Positions 49,351 to 58,974 of a DNA stretch of 64,000 nucleotides are shown here, in pieces (the stretch's first letter is position 1; every line of letters starts with the position of its first letter). Where the stretch lies: NCBI GenBank assembly GCA_003327455.1, contig QOQU01000008.1:68661-132660 (forward strand), given 5' to 3'. Source of the stretch: Anaerolineae bacterium. GTDB lineage: Bacteria > Chloroflexota > Anaerolineae > Anaerolineales > UBA4823. Under the pieces are notes generated by a model. The model worked only from the letters and a program-made list of their open reading frames with translations. It did no database searches and was not told the DNA's origin. Made by a program: the position numbers and the translations under genes.

Positions 49351-50163
49351 ATGCATGTTCATTTTCTCGATCCCTATCAACACCGCCAGAGCCTCATTCA
49401 TGCAATGGACGGGCGAGTAAAGCTCGTCTTAGCGGTCGCATTTATTCTGACCACTTCTCTAACGCCAAATGGCGCATGGGCAGCCTATATATTGCTGTTT
49501 GCGTTGTTGATCTCCGCTGAACTCTTGAGTGAATTGCCGATTGGATACTTTCTGCGGCGAGCGTTTTTGGCCTTGCCCTTTGTCTTAGCCGCTTTGCCAT
49601 TACCTTTTACCGTACCTGGAGACATTCTGGCTGAATTCTCGGTGGGAAGGGTTGCATTGCACATCTCAACGGAAGGTTTAATTCGCTTGCTCAGCATTGC
49701 CATCAAGTCCTGGCTATCTGTTCAGGTGGCTGTTTTGCTGACAGTGTCAACACCTTTCCCGGACCTGCTCCAGGCAATGCGGGCTTTAAAATTACCGCGC
49801 TTGTTGGTTGCGGTGTTCGGATTGATGTGGCGCTACCTGTTTGTCCTGGTGGATGAAGCCTTGCGTCTGATGCGGGCGCGGTCGGCGCGCAGCAGCCAGC
49901 ACCCCGTGGGCAATTATCGCACCGGTCGCACCATCAGCTGGCGGGCGCAGGTGACCGGCAGCATGGCCGGGAGTCTTTTCCTGCGCGCTTTCGAACGCTC
50001 TGACCGCATCTATCTGGCTATGCTGGCGCGTGGCTATGACGGGGAAGTTCGTCTCAGACCTCTCCCGCCTCTCACGCGCTTGCAGTGGCTATCTTTGCTC
50101 AGCGGGATTGCCTTATTGTTGCTGATCCTGGCTTTGGGACAATTTCTGCTACTATTGAGGTAA
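49351..50163 (+). CDS. cbiQ: ECF transporter transmembrane (T) component CbiQ
   Basis: Start at MHVHFLDPYQH. Polytopic, with the conserved ARSAR-type motif (MRARSARS). Confidence 0.85.
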   Translation: MHVHFLDPYQHRQSLIHAMDGRVKLVLAVAFILTTSLTPNGAWAAYILLFALLISAELLSELPIGYFLRRAFLALPFVLAALPLPFTVPGDILAEFSVGRVALHISTEGLIRLLSIAIKSWLSVQVAVLLTVSTPFPDLLQAMRALKLPRLLVAVFGLMWRYLFVLVDEALRLMRARSARSSQHPVGNYRTGRTISWRAQVTGSMAGSLFLRAFERSDRIYLAMLARGYDGEVRLRPLPPLTRLQWLSLLSGIALLLLILALGQFLLLLR

Positions 50164-50166
50164 ATC

Positions 50167-50886
50167 GTGCATCACTCGATTGAGGTTCGCAATCTTACTT
50201 TTCGCTATCCCGATGGACACCTGGCGCTCGATCAGGTCAATCTCGTGATTTCTCCTGGCGAAAAAGCAGCCCTGGTAGGACCGAATGGCGCCGGAAAATC
50301 CACCCTGCTTCTGCACTTGAACGGCATCTTGCAAGGACAGGGAGAGGTGCGCGTTTGTGGATTGAATTTAAACGACAAAAAGAACCTCCCAAAAGTGCGC
50401 GGGATGGTAGGGCTGGTCTTTCAAAACCCCGATGACCAACTCTTCTCCCCAACGGTTTATGACGATGTTGCCTTTGGACCACTTTATCAGGGTTTACCGC
50501 AGGAAGAAGTGGAACGGCGTGTTCAGAATGCCTTGCAAGCTGTTCACATGGAAACATATGCCAGGCGAGTTTCGCATCATTTGAGCGTGGGAGAGAAAAA
50601 GCGCATCGCCATTGCCACCGTGCTTTCGATGCAACCGGAGGTGCTGGTTCTGGACGAACCAACCGCTGGCTTAGATCCGCGCGCCCGGCGGAATCTAATC
50701 CACCTGTTGGCTGAATTGAACATGACCATGCTCATCTCCACGCATGACATGCATCTCGTCCAGGAACTGTTCCCGCGCATGATTATCATGGATCAGGGAC
50801 GCATCATTGCCGATGGCGAAACCGAGCGTCTGATGCAAGATGTTGCCTTCCTCGAAGCACACGGGTTGGAAGCGCCAAAGGGATAA
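50167..50886 (+). CDS. cbiO: ECF transporter ATPase CbiO
   Basis: 239 aa with a GTG start. Walker A GPNGAGKST, signature LSVGEKKRIAIA, Walker B LVLDEPTAGLD. Confidence 0.9.
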   Translation: MHHSIEVRNLTFRYPDGHLALDQVNLVISPGEKAALVGPNGAGKSTLLLHLNGILQGQGEVRVCGLNLNDKKNLPKVRGMVGLVFQNPDDQLFSPTVYDDVAFGPLYQGLPQEEVERRVQNALQAVHMETYARRVSHHLSVGEKKRIAIATVLSMQPEVLVLDEPTAGLDPRARRNLIHLLAELNMTMLISTHDMHLVQELFPRMIIMDQGRIIADGETERLMQDVAFLEAHGLEAPKG

Positions 50887-50964
50887 GTGAATCCTGATGA
50901 ATAGAATTTTGCCGTGCGAATCCTGGATTAGCAAATTGAAATAGTTTCCTGGTCAAACTTCCTC

Positions 50965-50993
50965 TTGACAGATTTAGAGCTATCAGGTATTGT
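50965..50993 (+). promoter_or_regulatory. Candidate promoter for the riboswitch-controlled transcript
   Basis: TTGACA (50965-50970), a 17-nt spacer, then TATTGT (50988-50993), about 12 nt before the riboswitch. Confidence 0.4.
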
Positions 50994-51007
50994 TTCACCC
51001 GAACAAT

Positions 51008-51100
51008 TGAACGGGGAGCTTGGGTAAGCCAGGCTGAGAGGAGGACTGTTGTCCTCGACCCGAAGAACCTGATCCGGATAATGCCGGCGTAGGGAATGCG
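51008..51100 (+). promoter_or_regulatory. TPP (THI-box) riboswitch aptamer
   Basis: ACGGGGAGC...GGCTGAGAGG...ACCCGAAGAACCTGATCCGGATAATGCCGGCGTAGGGAA matches the conserved TPP aptamer core (CUGAGA; ACCUGAUCNGGNUAAUNCCNGCGNAGGGA). Confidence 0.88.
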
Positions 51101-51122
51101 CATCGTTGTGCGTTGTGCTTTT

Positions 51123-51153
51123 ACACCCTCTCCGGCAGAGGGTGTTTTATTTT
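51123..51153 (+). terminator. Riboswitch expression-platform terminator
   Basis: 9-bp stem ACACCCTCT / AGAGGGTGT with a 5-nt loop, then TTTTATTTT. It lies 25 nt upstream of the regulated start codon. Confidence 0.7.
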
Positions 51154-51177
51154 CTCAATGCTCATCGGAGGTCTCAG

Positions 51178-51864
51178 ATGAATGCCAACGATTCCAACCA
51201 ACAAGCTGCTCTTGAGCTGATTCAGCAAACCCGTCTCCAGCTCAGCCATCTAATGGATCAAATCACCACCCACCGCTTTTTAGACGCGTTAGAAGCCAGA
51301 CAAATCCCCCTTTCAGCCTTGCAGACGTTTGCGACGCAACAATACCACATCGTCACCAGCGGCATCCGCAACATTGCTCTCCTTGTTCATCGCTATGGGC
51401 AGTTACCCAGCCGGACAATATTGAATGATTTCCTCCAGGCTGAATTTGTGGTTCGAGAGCGAATTCCAGCCTTTGCAGAAGCAGTGGGCGTCTTCAGAGA
51501 ACAGCTACCTCACAGCCCAAAACTGGCAAAGGCTATGATGTTCAGCTATTTTATTGCCTATGTCTGCCTGTATGGTTGCGACGCCGACTTAATCCTGGCC
51601 TTTCGGTTTGATTCTGAGGTCTGGATTCAAAATAGCCTGCGGATGTATCGCGCCTTGCGTTCGAAATATGGCTTGACGTCTGAACAGGCTGAGTTTTTCA
51701 AAATCTATCAAAATTATCGCGAAGCCGATGAACGGGTCAGTCCATACATTCAGGCTGCGCTTGAGCGCGGCGAATCTGCAACTCAAATGCAAGAGACTGC
51801 CCGTTTGCTGCTTGAATATGAACTCAATTTTTGGGACGCCATGGCAGAAACGGCGAATACTTAA
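51178..51864 (+). CDS. TENA/THI-4/PQQC-family (heme-oxygenase-like fold) protein, TPP-riboswitch regulated
   Basis: Start at ATG 51178 behind GGAGGT. The N-terminal pattern HRFLDALEARQIPLSALQTFATQQYHIV resembles the TenA/PqqC/CADD family helix 1-2 signature. The protein is all-helical and about 228 aa. Confidence 0.6.
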   Translation: MNANDSNQQAALELIQQTRLQLSHLMDQITTHRFLDALEARQIPLSALQTFATQQYHIVTSGIRNIALLVHRYGQLPSRTILNDFLQAEFVVRERIPAFAEAVGVFREQLPHSPKLAKAMMFSYFIAYVCLYGCDADLILAFRFDSEVWIQNSLRMYRALRSKYGLTSEQAEFFKIYQNYREADERVSPYIQAALERGESATQMQETARLLLEYELNFWDAMAETANT

Positions 51865-51879
51865 CATCTTTCGTTGCAG

Positions 51880-51915
51880 GATGGCGGATACAGCGATCCG
51901 CCATCTCAATTTTTT
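51880..51915 (+). terminator. Intrinsic terminator after the riboswitch-regulated gene
   Basis: 10-bp stem GATGGCGGAT / ATCCGCCATC with a 6-nt loop, then TCAATTTTTT. Confidence 0.6.
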
Positions 51916-52048
51916 AGATAAGTTGACAGCTTGAATTGCGTCAACCCCTTAAATAATCATCCCTTCCTTTACAGGTGCAGGGTCAGATTAGGTATGCAAT
52001 TTGGGTTTATAATCAAGTTCACCTACGCCTCTATTCGAGGGCCATTCG

Positions 52049-52393
52049 ATGACGACCCATCAAAACGACCTTATTCTTGTCCTGATAACCGCCCCCTCGG
52101 TCGAGGTCGCCGAGCAGTTGGCGCGACAACTATTGCAGGAACGCCTGGCTGCATGCGTCAATCTGATCGGCAGTGTGCACTCTCTGTATTGGTGGGAGGG
52201 TGAAATTCAATCCGACTCAGAAATCTTGCTGATTGTCAAAACCCGGCGCACGGGGTTTGAAGAGCGTTTTATCCCTTTTGTCAAAGCCCATCACCCTTAT
52301 CAGGTGCCGGAAATCCTTGCAGTGCCCATCTTAACCGGTAACAATCAGTACTTACAATGGTTGATGCAAGAGACCCGGCCAAAATCTGCCTAG
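52049..52393 (+). CDS. cutA: Divalent-cation tolerance protein CutA
   Basis: 114 aa with the CutA1 pattern (LAACVNLIGSVHSLYWWEGEI...HPYQVPEI). Confidence 0.9.
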   Translation: MTTHQNDLILVLITAPSVEVAEQLARQLLQERLAACVNLIGSVHSLYWWEGEIQSDSEILLIVKTRRTGFEERFIPFVKAHHPYQVPEILAVPILTGNNQYLQWLMQETRPKSA

Positions 52394-52407
52394 TTCTGGA
52401 GGTTTTC

Positions 52408-53619
52408 TTGACCAATAACTTTGATCAGATCATTCCGCGCCGCGCGACAAATAGCTTGAAATGGGATACCTATCCAGAAGATGTCTTGCCGATGTGGGTT
52501 GCCGATATGGATTTCCGTTCCCCGCCGGCGGTGATCGAGGCACTGCATCAGGCGGTCGAGCATGGCATTTTTGGTTATCCCAGTGGCTTGCATAACGAAC
52601 CCAACCAACGCAACGAGTTACGTGAAATCCTGGTGGAAAGGATGGCGCGTCTCTATGCCTGGCAAATCCAGCCTGAAGACATCTACTTTGTGCCCGGTGT
52701 GGTTGTCGGGTTCAATCTGGCCGCACACGCCTTGGGCGAAGTCGGATGTAATCTCGTCGTACAGCCACCGGTTTATCCACCAATCTTAGGCGCGGCAGCC
52801 AACGCAGGCATGCAGCGCGTGGATAATCCCCTGATCCCACACTTGAATGAAGCAGGGATGCTGCATTATGAGATCGATTTTGACCATCTGGAGCAAGCCA
52901 TCACCCCAGAGACGCGTTTATTTCTGCTCTGTAATCCGCACAATCCAACCGGGCGAGTCTTTACCCACTCAGAACTCGAGCGTCTGGCAGAGATTTGCCT
53001 GCGCCACGGCGTGGCAATCTGCTCTGATGAAATCCATGGCGATCTCATCTTTCAACCTCACCAGCACCTTCCTATTGCATCCTTAGACCCTGAAATTGCT
53101 CGCAACACGATTACCTTGATGGCACCGAGCAAAACCTTCAACATCCCCGGTTTACAGTTTTCGTTCGCCATCGTCCCCAATCGAGAGTGGCGTCAACGCT
53201 TAGAAGCAGCCGGTCAGGGTTTAGTTAGCTGGATCAATGCCCTGGGGTGGGTAGCTGCACTGGCAGCCTATCGTCAGGGAGAGGAATGGCTGAAGGAAGT
53301 AATGCGATATCTGCAAGCGAATCGGGATTTTCTTGTGCAATGGATAGAAGAACACTTGCCAAACATCCCTCATACCTGTCCAGAGGGCACTTATCTGGCC
53401 TGGCTGGACTGCCGTCCTTTGAACCTTCCAAATGACCCCTACACCTTTTTTATCCAGGAGGCAAAAGTAGCCTTCAATGACGGCAAAGCCTTTGGTAAGG
53501 AGGGGAAAGGCTTTATCCGCTGGAACTTTGCCTGCCCGCGTCCCGTTCTCGAAGAAGCCTGTGACCGCATCGCCCAGGCGGTTAAGCGGCTTGCACCAGA
53601 AGTTAAGCGCTACTCATAG
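52408..53619 (+). CDS. PLP-dependent aminotransferase-fold C-S lyase (PatB/MalY family)
   Basis: NFDQIIPRRATNSLKWD N-terminus, LCNPHNPTGRVF, and a PSKTFN lysine motif. A TTG start at 52408 behind GGAGG (5-nt spacing) avoids overlap with cutA. Confidence 0.85.
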   Translation: MTNNFDQIIPRRATNSLKWDTYPEDVLPMWVADMDFRSPPAVIEALHQAVEHGIFGYPSGLHNEPNQRNELREILVERMARLYAWQIQPEDIYFVPGVVVGFNLAAHALGEVGCNLVVQPPVYPPILGAAANAGMQRVDNPLIPHLNEAGMLHYEIDFDHLEQAITPETRLFLLCNPHNPTGRVFTHSELERLAEICLRHGVAICSDEIHGDLIFQPHQHLPIASLDPEIARNTITLMAPSKTFNIPGLQFSFAIVPNREWRQRLEAAGQGLVSWINALGWVAALAAYRQGEEWLKEVMRYLQANRDFLVQWIEEHLPNIPHTCPEGTYLAWLDCRPLNLPNDPYTFFIQEAKVAFNDGKAFGKEGKGFIRWNFACPRPVLEEACDRIAQAVKRLAPEVKRYS

Positions 53620-54836
53620 CGCAGCGCTTCCACCGGCTCTAGGCTGGCGGCGCGGTTTGCCGGGTAGAGCCCAAAGAACAACCCCACCGCTGTCGAAAAG
53701 AGGGTCGCCAGCAATATCGTATCCAAACCGATAGCCGGGTTGATATCGGCATTGTTGGCGGCTGCAATTTGCCCAACCAAGTAAGAAATTAACCAGCCCA
53801 AGCCGATGCCCACCAGCCCGCCAAACAAACTGAGCACAATTGACTCGGTTAGAAATTGCACCAGTATATCGATCCGCCGCGCCCCCAGCGCCTTGCGCAA
53901 GCCGATCTCACGCGTTCGCTCGGTCACCGAGACCAGCATAATGTTCATAATGCCAATCCCACCTACCAGAAGGGAGATGGCTGCAATGCCACCCAGAAAG
54001 ATGGTCAGGATATTTGTGATGGTACGCGCCGTATCCAGAAAATCTTGTTGGGTCAAGATGGTAAAATCATCGGCACCAATTTCCGTCTTATGGCGATAAC
54101 GTAAAATCTGGGCAACTTCTTCAACAGCCTGCGGCACTGCCTGTGCATTTATCGCCTGCACCATGAGCAAATCAACCTGGTCGGGCGTACTACGCCGAAT
54201 CAAGCGTGCCTGAGCCGTGGTAAAAGGTACCATCACGCGATCATCCTGGTTGGAAAACGAGGAGCCACCTTTAGATTCTAAAACACCTAAGACACGAAAC
54301 GGCTGTCCCTCGATGCGCACCGTCTCACCCACCAGGCCTTCTTTCCGTCCGAAGAGCTTTTCGGCAACCTCTGGACCAAGCAAAACCACCGACGAGCGCC
54401 CCAGGATATGCTCTTCAGCGATGAATTCGCCTTCTGTGACGCGATAGTTGCGCACTTCGGCAAAAGAGGGCGTGACTCCTTCGATCGAAGTAACCACACT
54501 CTCCCCCCCATAACTGACTTTTCCGTTGCCCATCAGCATCGGAGCAACATTCGCCACAGAGGGGGCTTGAAATGGGTCGTTGATCGCGTTGGCATCCCCT
54601 AAAGTAAGCGGCTTGGGATTACGCACATCCTCGTTGCCGCCCCGAAAGACGAATAACAGGTTTGTGCCGATGCCCTGAATCGAGCCGGTTATCGAGTTCT
54701 CTGCCCCGCGTCCGATCGAGATCATGGCGATGACTGCCGCAACCCCGATCACGATACCCAGGATAGTCAAACCCGAACGCAATTTATTGCTGGCTAAACT
54801 TTCTAAGGCTTCAAAAAATGAGGCGCCCAGATTCAT
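53610..54836 (-). CDS. ABC transporter permease, MacB/FtsX-type
   Basis: 408 aa with an N-terminal TM, a large periplasmic domain and a C-terminal FtsX 3-TM bundle ([13 protein letters not shown]). Confidence 0.9.
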   Translation of the reverse strand: MNLGASFFEALESLASNKLRSGLTILGIVIGVAAVIAMISIGRGAENSITGSIQGIGTNLLFVFRGGNEDVRNPKPLTLGDANAINDPFQAPSVANVAPMLMGNGKVSYGGESVVTSIEGVTPSFAEVRNYRVTEGEFIAEEHILGRSSVVLLGPEVAEKLFGRKEGLVGETVRIEGQPFRVLGVLESKGGSSFSNQDDRVMVPFTTAQARLIRRSTPDQVDLLMVQAINAQAVPQAVEEVAQILRYRHKTEIGADDFTILTQQDFLDTARTITNILTIFLGGIAAISLLVGGIGIMNIMLVSVTERTREIGLRKALGARRIDILVQFLTESIVLSLFGGLVGIGLGWLISYLVGQIAAANNADINPAIGLDTILLATLFSTAVGLFFGLYPANRAASLEPVEALRYE

Positions 54837-55519
54837 GCTCCATCCTCCACTTTGCCATCCCGAATATGAATAATCCGTTGTGCATGAGCAGCAACATCTG
54901 GATCGTGGGTCACGATAAGCAAAGTAACGCCCCGTTCCTGATTGAGATTCAACAGCAAACGCATGATCTCCTCGCCCGAGCGGCTATCGAGGTTGCCGGT
55001 CGGTTCATCTGCCAGGACAATCGCCGGGTTATTGACCAGGGCGCGGGCGATGGCGACGCGTTGTTGCTGCCCCCCTGATAGTTCATTCGGACGGTGGTAT
55101 AGGCGGTCTTCCAACCCCACAGCGATCAGAGCCTGCCTGGCGCGTTCACGGCGATTGCCATTGCCACCCGCATAACGGAGAGGCAACTCAACATTGGCTA
55201 AAGCGGTAGCACGAGGTAACAGGTTAAAGCTTTGAAAAACAAAACCAACTTTCTGATTGCGGATGCGCGCAAGCTCGTCATCCTTCAGATCAGAAACCCG
55301 TTTTCCATCTAAAATATACTCACCAGAAGTCGGTCGGTCGAGGCAACCAATGATATTCATCAGGGTAGATTTTCCCGATCCAGAGGGGCCCATGATTGCC
55401 ACAACTTCGCCGCGTTTCACCTGCATCGAGAGACCCCGTAGAGCATGCACTTCGACATCCCCCATCTTATAAACTTTGGTTAAATCACGGGCATCGATTA
55501 CGATCTCAGATTCGTTCAT
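54833..55519 (-). CDS. ABC transporter ATP-binding protein, MacB/LolD-type
   Basis: 228 aa with [24 protein letters not shown] and ADEPTGNLD motifs. Confidence 0.93.
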   Translation of the reverse strand: MNESEIVIDARDLTKVYKMGDVEVHALRGLSMQVKRGEVVAIMGPSGSGKSTLMNIIGCLDRPTSGEYILDGKRVSDLKDDELARIRNQKVGFVFQSFNLLPRATALANVELPLRYAGGNGNRRERARQALIAVGLEDRLYHRPNELSGGQQQRVAIARALVNNPAIVLADEPTGNLDSRSGEEIMRLLLNLNQERGVTLLIVTHDPDVAAHAQRIIHIRDGKVEDGA

Positions 55520-55533
55520 CGCTTCCCTTTGCC

Positions 55534-56907
55534 TTAGCGATTTCTATTCACCCACGGAGGAGGCCCATCTTGCTCAAAGACGGTCGGCGGATTGAGGATC
55601 ACCTCATCACCCTCCTTTAGGCCTCCATCAATCACCTCACTGTATGTTTCAGAGGAGGCTCCCAGCGTAACCGGCACCGCTTCGTATTGGCCGTTGCGTT
55701 GAAGAACATAGACAATGCGTTCACCTCCACTCAAACGCACGGCGCGATTCGGCACAAGCAGGACATCGTTAAGCTGGTTGACAACAATATTGACCGCTGC
55801 AGTCATTCCCGGCTTCACCTCCTGATCGGCATTGGTCAATTCGATGGTGACGATGAAATCCACTACTCCCTGAGTAACTGTTCCGACGGGTGAAACCTCC
55901 TTGACTTTACCCTGATAGGTTTTATTCAATATCGCGTCAAAAACCAGATTGGCATCTTGACCAACCTGGATGCGGTTGACATCCACTTCAGAAATGCGCA
56001 CGTCTACCAGCAAGCTGGAGAGATCGTCAATGCGGATAGCAACGCTGCCGGGAGAAACCTGATCGCCTGGTTTGATTTTTACTTCGGTGACCGTCCCACT
56101 GAAGGGAGCGGTCAGGTGAGCTAAATTCAAGGTTGCCTGAGCAGCCGCAATACGCGCTTCTATGGCAGCAATATCCTCTGGTGAGGGACCATCTTTCCAT
56201 TTTTCATAATCCTGGCGCGCTTTTTCCAGGTTCGAAATCGCCACCTGCAGGTTGTACTCCAGCTCCACGCGGCGAACGGCGGCATTATAATCGCTTTGAG
56301 CGGTGTCCAGCTTCTCTTTCAATTCCTTTCGCAAAGGGTCTTCCAAAGGCCGGTTTTTAACCGCCTCAAAGGCCTGTCGGGCGGCGTCCAGGTTAGCCTT
56401 CATTTTATCCAATGCTTCAATGGCATCCATCCCCGCCTGATTACTCGGCACGGTGAAGTTATCCAAACGATATTGGGCATCCCGCACGGCATCGGCATAG
56501 CGAGCAATGGCTTGCAGGGCGTTGGTCTTTGCCGTCTCCGCATTGGTGTAGAGTTCATCCAATGCTTTCCTGGCTTCGGTCAGCTCTGCCTGTGCGAGGA
56601 TGACAGCCTGGGGGAGAGACTCACGTTTCAATGTTGCCAGTTCCTGCCCCTCGCGCACCGAATCACCAACCTGAACCAGAACGGACTCCACTGTGCCGCT
56701 GGTCTGCCAGGTCAGGACTGCCGTCTGATTGGCATGCACAGTCCCTGTTCCTCCGACGGTAGCAATTAGCTCGCCGCGTGTAACAATTTCTGTCTGAAAG
56801 ACAGCAAGGCGAGTTGCCTGCCGACTCATTTGCCATTGGCGAAAGCCCATTCCGCCTGCAATGACAACCACTAACAGGATCAAGATGTAAATCCATCGTT
56901 TCTTCAT
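55534..56907 (-). CDS. Efflux periplasmic adaptor (HlyD/MacA family)
   Basis: 457 aa with an N-terminal TM, a biotinyl-lipoyl-like hairpin, a long coiled coil and beta-barrel domains. Confidence 0.85.
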   Translation of the reverse strand: MKKRWIYILILLVVVIAGGMGFRQWQMSRQATRLAVFQTEIVTRGELIATVGGTGTVHANQTAVLTWQTSGTVESVLVQVGDSVREGQELATLKRESLPQAVILAQAELTEARKALDELYTNAETAKTNALQAIARYADAVRDAQYRLDNFTVPSNQAGMDAIEALDKMKANLDAARQAFEAVKNRPLEDPLRKELKEKLDTAQSDYNAAVRRVELEYNLQVAISNLEKARQDYEKWKDGPSPEDIAAIEARIAAAQATLNLAHLTAPFSGTVTEVKIKPGDQVSPGSVAIRIDDLSSLLVDVRISEVDVNRIQVGQDANLVFDAILNKTYQGKVKEVSPVGTVTQGVVDFIVTIELTNADQEVKPGMTAAVNIVVNQLNDVLLVPNRAVRLSGGERIVYVLQRNGQYEAVPVTLGASSETYSEVIDGGLKEGDEVILNPPTVFEQDGPPPWVNRNR

Positions 56908-57193
56908 TGAGATCGTCCTTTTACTTAGCCTTTTGTTATCTGTTGTCCGTCTCAGATCTTATCCATCGATTTCCAGGTGAATCGCACTGGAAAAAATCTA
57001 ACTAATTCTAATCCCATTTTCTGCCCGTTTTGTCCTATCCAGAGATTTCTTATAGAGCTCTTACACTTTTCACCAGTTTTTAAAGAGTGCAGGACGGGTG
57101 TGGATTAGTTCGTGTTTGGGGTGATCGGAGGGGTGGATTATAATAATAGAAATCTTGAACGTGGGGTTAACCGCGATAAACGCGAATGAACGC

Positions 57194-57304
57194 AGAGGAG
57201 GAATTACCACCATTGAACACGAATGAACGCAGAAGAGGGATAATAACCAATGAACGCGAATGAACTCAGAAGAGGGATAACCACCAATGAACACGAATGA
57301 ACGC
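57194..57304 (+). repeat. Three tandem 37-bp units (57194-57230, 57231-57267, 57268-57304) preceded by a partial copy
   Basis: Unit consensus AGAAGAGGGATAAnnACCAATGAACRCGAATGAACKC. The start codon of the GxxExxY gene lies inside unit 3. Confidence 0.85.
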
Positions 57305-57733
57305 GAAATAATATTTAGGGAAGAGGTCTATGCGATTATTGGGGCGGCAATGGAAGTATCCAATGAATTGGGCGCAGGCTTTCTGGAGGCGGTGTATCAG
57401 GAAGCGTTGGAACTGGAGCTGAGCATGCGAGGGATTCCTTATATAGCTCAATTTCCAATCCAAATTGCTTACAAAGGGCATGTTTTGGCAAAAGAATATA
57501 TTCCTGATTTTATTTGCTTTGATCAGGTCATTGTTGAGATAAAGGCGCTAAAACAACTCACCTCTATCGAAGAAGCACAACTCTTGAATTACTTAAAAGC
57601 GAGCGGGAAACCAGTTGGACTTCTATTGAATTTTGGAAGCCCTAAACTGGAATGGAAAAGAATGGTCTTGACGAATTCATCTGCTCGTGTCCAAACGCGG
57701 TTTGAATATAAAACCGCAAATGAACGCGAATAA
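57287..57733 (+). CDS. GxxExxY protein (PD-(D/E)XK nuclease-like superfamily)
   Basis: 148 aa. GAGFLEAVYQEAL (GxxExxY), DFICFDQVIVEIKA (D...ExK) and AQLLNYLK are family hallmarks. Confidence 0.85.
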   Translation: MNTNEREIIFREEVYAIIGAAMEVSNELGAGFLEAVYQEALELELSMRGIPYIAQFPIQIAYKGHVLAKEYIPDFICFDQVIVEIKALKQLTSIEEAQLLNYLKASGKPVGLLLNFGSPKLEWKRMVLTNSSARVQTRFEYKTANERE

Positions 57734-57843
57734 ACACGAATTATTTGTGTTCATTCGCGTCCATTCGCGGAATATAAAACCGCAGATAAACGCGAATGAA
57801 CACGAATTAATTTCTTATTCGCGTTTATTCGCGTCCATCCGCG
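57697..57843 (+). repeat. Two tandem ~66-74-bp hairpin-forming units built from the same GAATGAAC/GAATAAAC words in direct and inverted orientation
   Basis: GAATATAAAACCGCAAATGAACGCGAATAAACACGAATTA... (57704-57769) is repeated at 57770-57843. Each unit folds back on GTGTTCATTCGCG / TTATTCGCGTTTATTCGCG. An extra hairpin GCGGTTT-N7-AAACCGC lies at 57697-57717. Confidence 0.75.
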
Positions 57844-57875
57844 GATTTATTCCTGCCAGCGCCGCGTACCAGGCG

Positions 57876-58847
57876 TTAAACGTTTATCTTCTGCGCTGCG
57901 AAGCAGGCTGCTCCGATCACACCCGCCTGATCGCCCAAGGTACCCAGTACCAGCTCCACGCGCTCAACCGGCATTACCCTCACCATTTTACGCATGGTCT
58001 GTTGCATGGGTTCCAGCAATAAATCCCCCGCACGCGCCACGCCGCCGGTTAACACAATCCGCTGAGGACTAAGCGTAACACATAACATTGCAGCTGCTCT
58101 GCCGAGTGCCTGTCCGGCGCGCTCATAAATCTCCATTGCAATCGGGTCGCCCTCCTGAGCAGCCCGGGCAATCAGCGCAGCGTTAATTCGGTTGTAATCT
58201 CCTTCGCAAAGCTCAGCAATGCGAGTGGCAAAACCTTGCGCTACCATTTTGACCCCCATCGCAGCAATCGCCGGTCCTGAGGCATAGACTTCCAGACAGC
58301 CAAAGTTTCCACATCCGCAACGCGGTCCATTCGGGTCCAGAACAATGTGCCCCAACTCACCAGCACTGCCGCTCAAGCCGAGATGCAATTGTCCGTTGAT
58401 CACCAGCCCACCTCCTACGCCGGTGCCCAAGGCTAAAACAACCATCGTTTCCACTCCCTGACCAGCTCCAAAGCGCCACTCGCCAAAAGTGATTGCCCGC
58501 ACATCATTGATGAGAACGGTGCGAATAGAGGTTATGCGCTGAATCGTTGCCTGCAACGGTACGTGTGGCCAATTGCCCGCCAGATTGGTTAGAAAAATTG
58601 TTTCGCCCTTCTCTAAATCCAGCAAACCCGGCGCGCCGATCCCGATCCCCTGTACCTCTTCAGGGGAATGGTTTGCCTCCTGAATGACCTCAAAAATCAA
58701 CGTAGCCATACGGCTCATCACAGACTCAGGCCCTTGCCGGGCTAGGGTCGCTGTAGTCTTCTGTCGTAAAACCTCTCCGTTTTGCACGTTGACCAGAGCA
58801 GCCCTCAAGTTCGTGCCGCCCAAGTCGCAACCCACAAACAGGCTCAT
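57876..58847 (-). CDS. ROK-family glucokinase
   Basis: Start at MSLFVGCDLGGTNLR. ROK signature and Zn motif GHIVLDPNGPRCGCGNFGCLE. Confidence 0.88.
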   Translation of the reverse strand: MSLFVGCDLGGTNLRAALVNVQNGEVLRQKTTATLARQGPESVMSRMATLIFEVIQEANHSPEEVQGIGIGAPGLLDLEKGETIFLTNLAGNWPHVPLQATIQRITSIRTVLINDVRAITFGEWRFGAGQGVETMVVLALGTGVGGGLVINGQLHLGLSGSAGELGHIVLDPNGPRCGCGNFGCLEVYASGPAIAAMGVKMVAQGFATRIAELCEGDYNRINAALIARAAQEGDPIAMEIYERAGQALGRAAAMLCVTLSPQRIVLTGGVARAGDLLLEPMQQTMRKMVRVMPVERVELVLGTLGDQAGVIGAACFAAQKINV

Positions 58848-58974
58848 TACACACCTCAAATAAAGACTTCTGCTTTTGACTTTACCCAATTTCACTTTGC
58901 TTGTCAATGCCATAATTGGCTTGACAAAAAGAAAAACACCCATATAATAACGGTTAAGCATTTCCTTAATCGTC

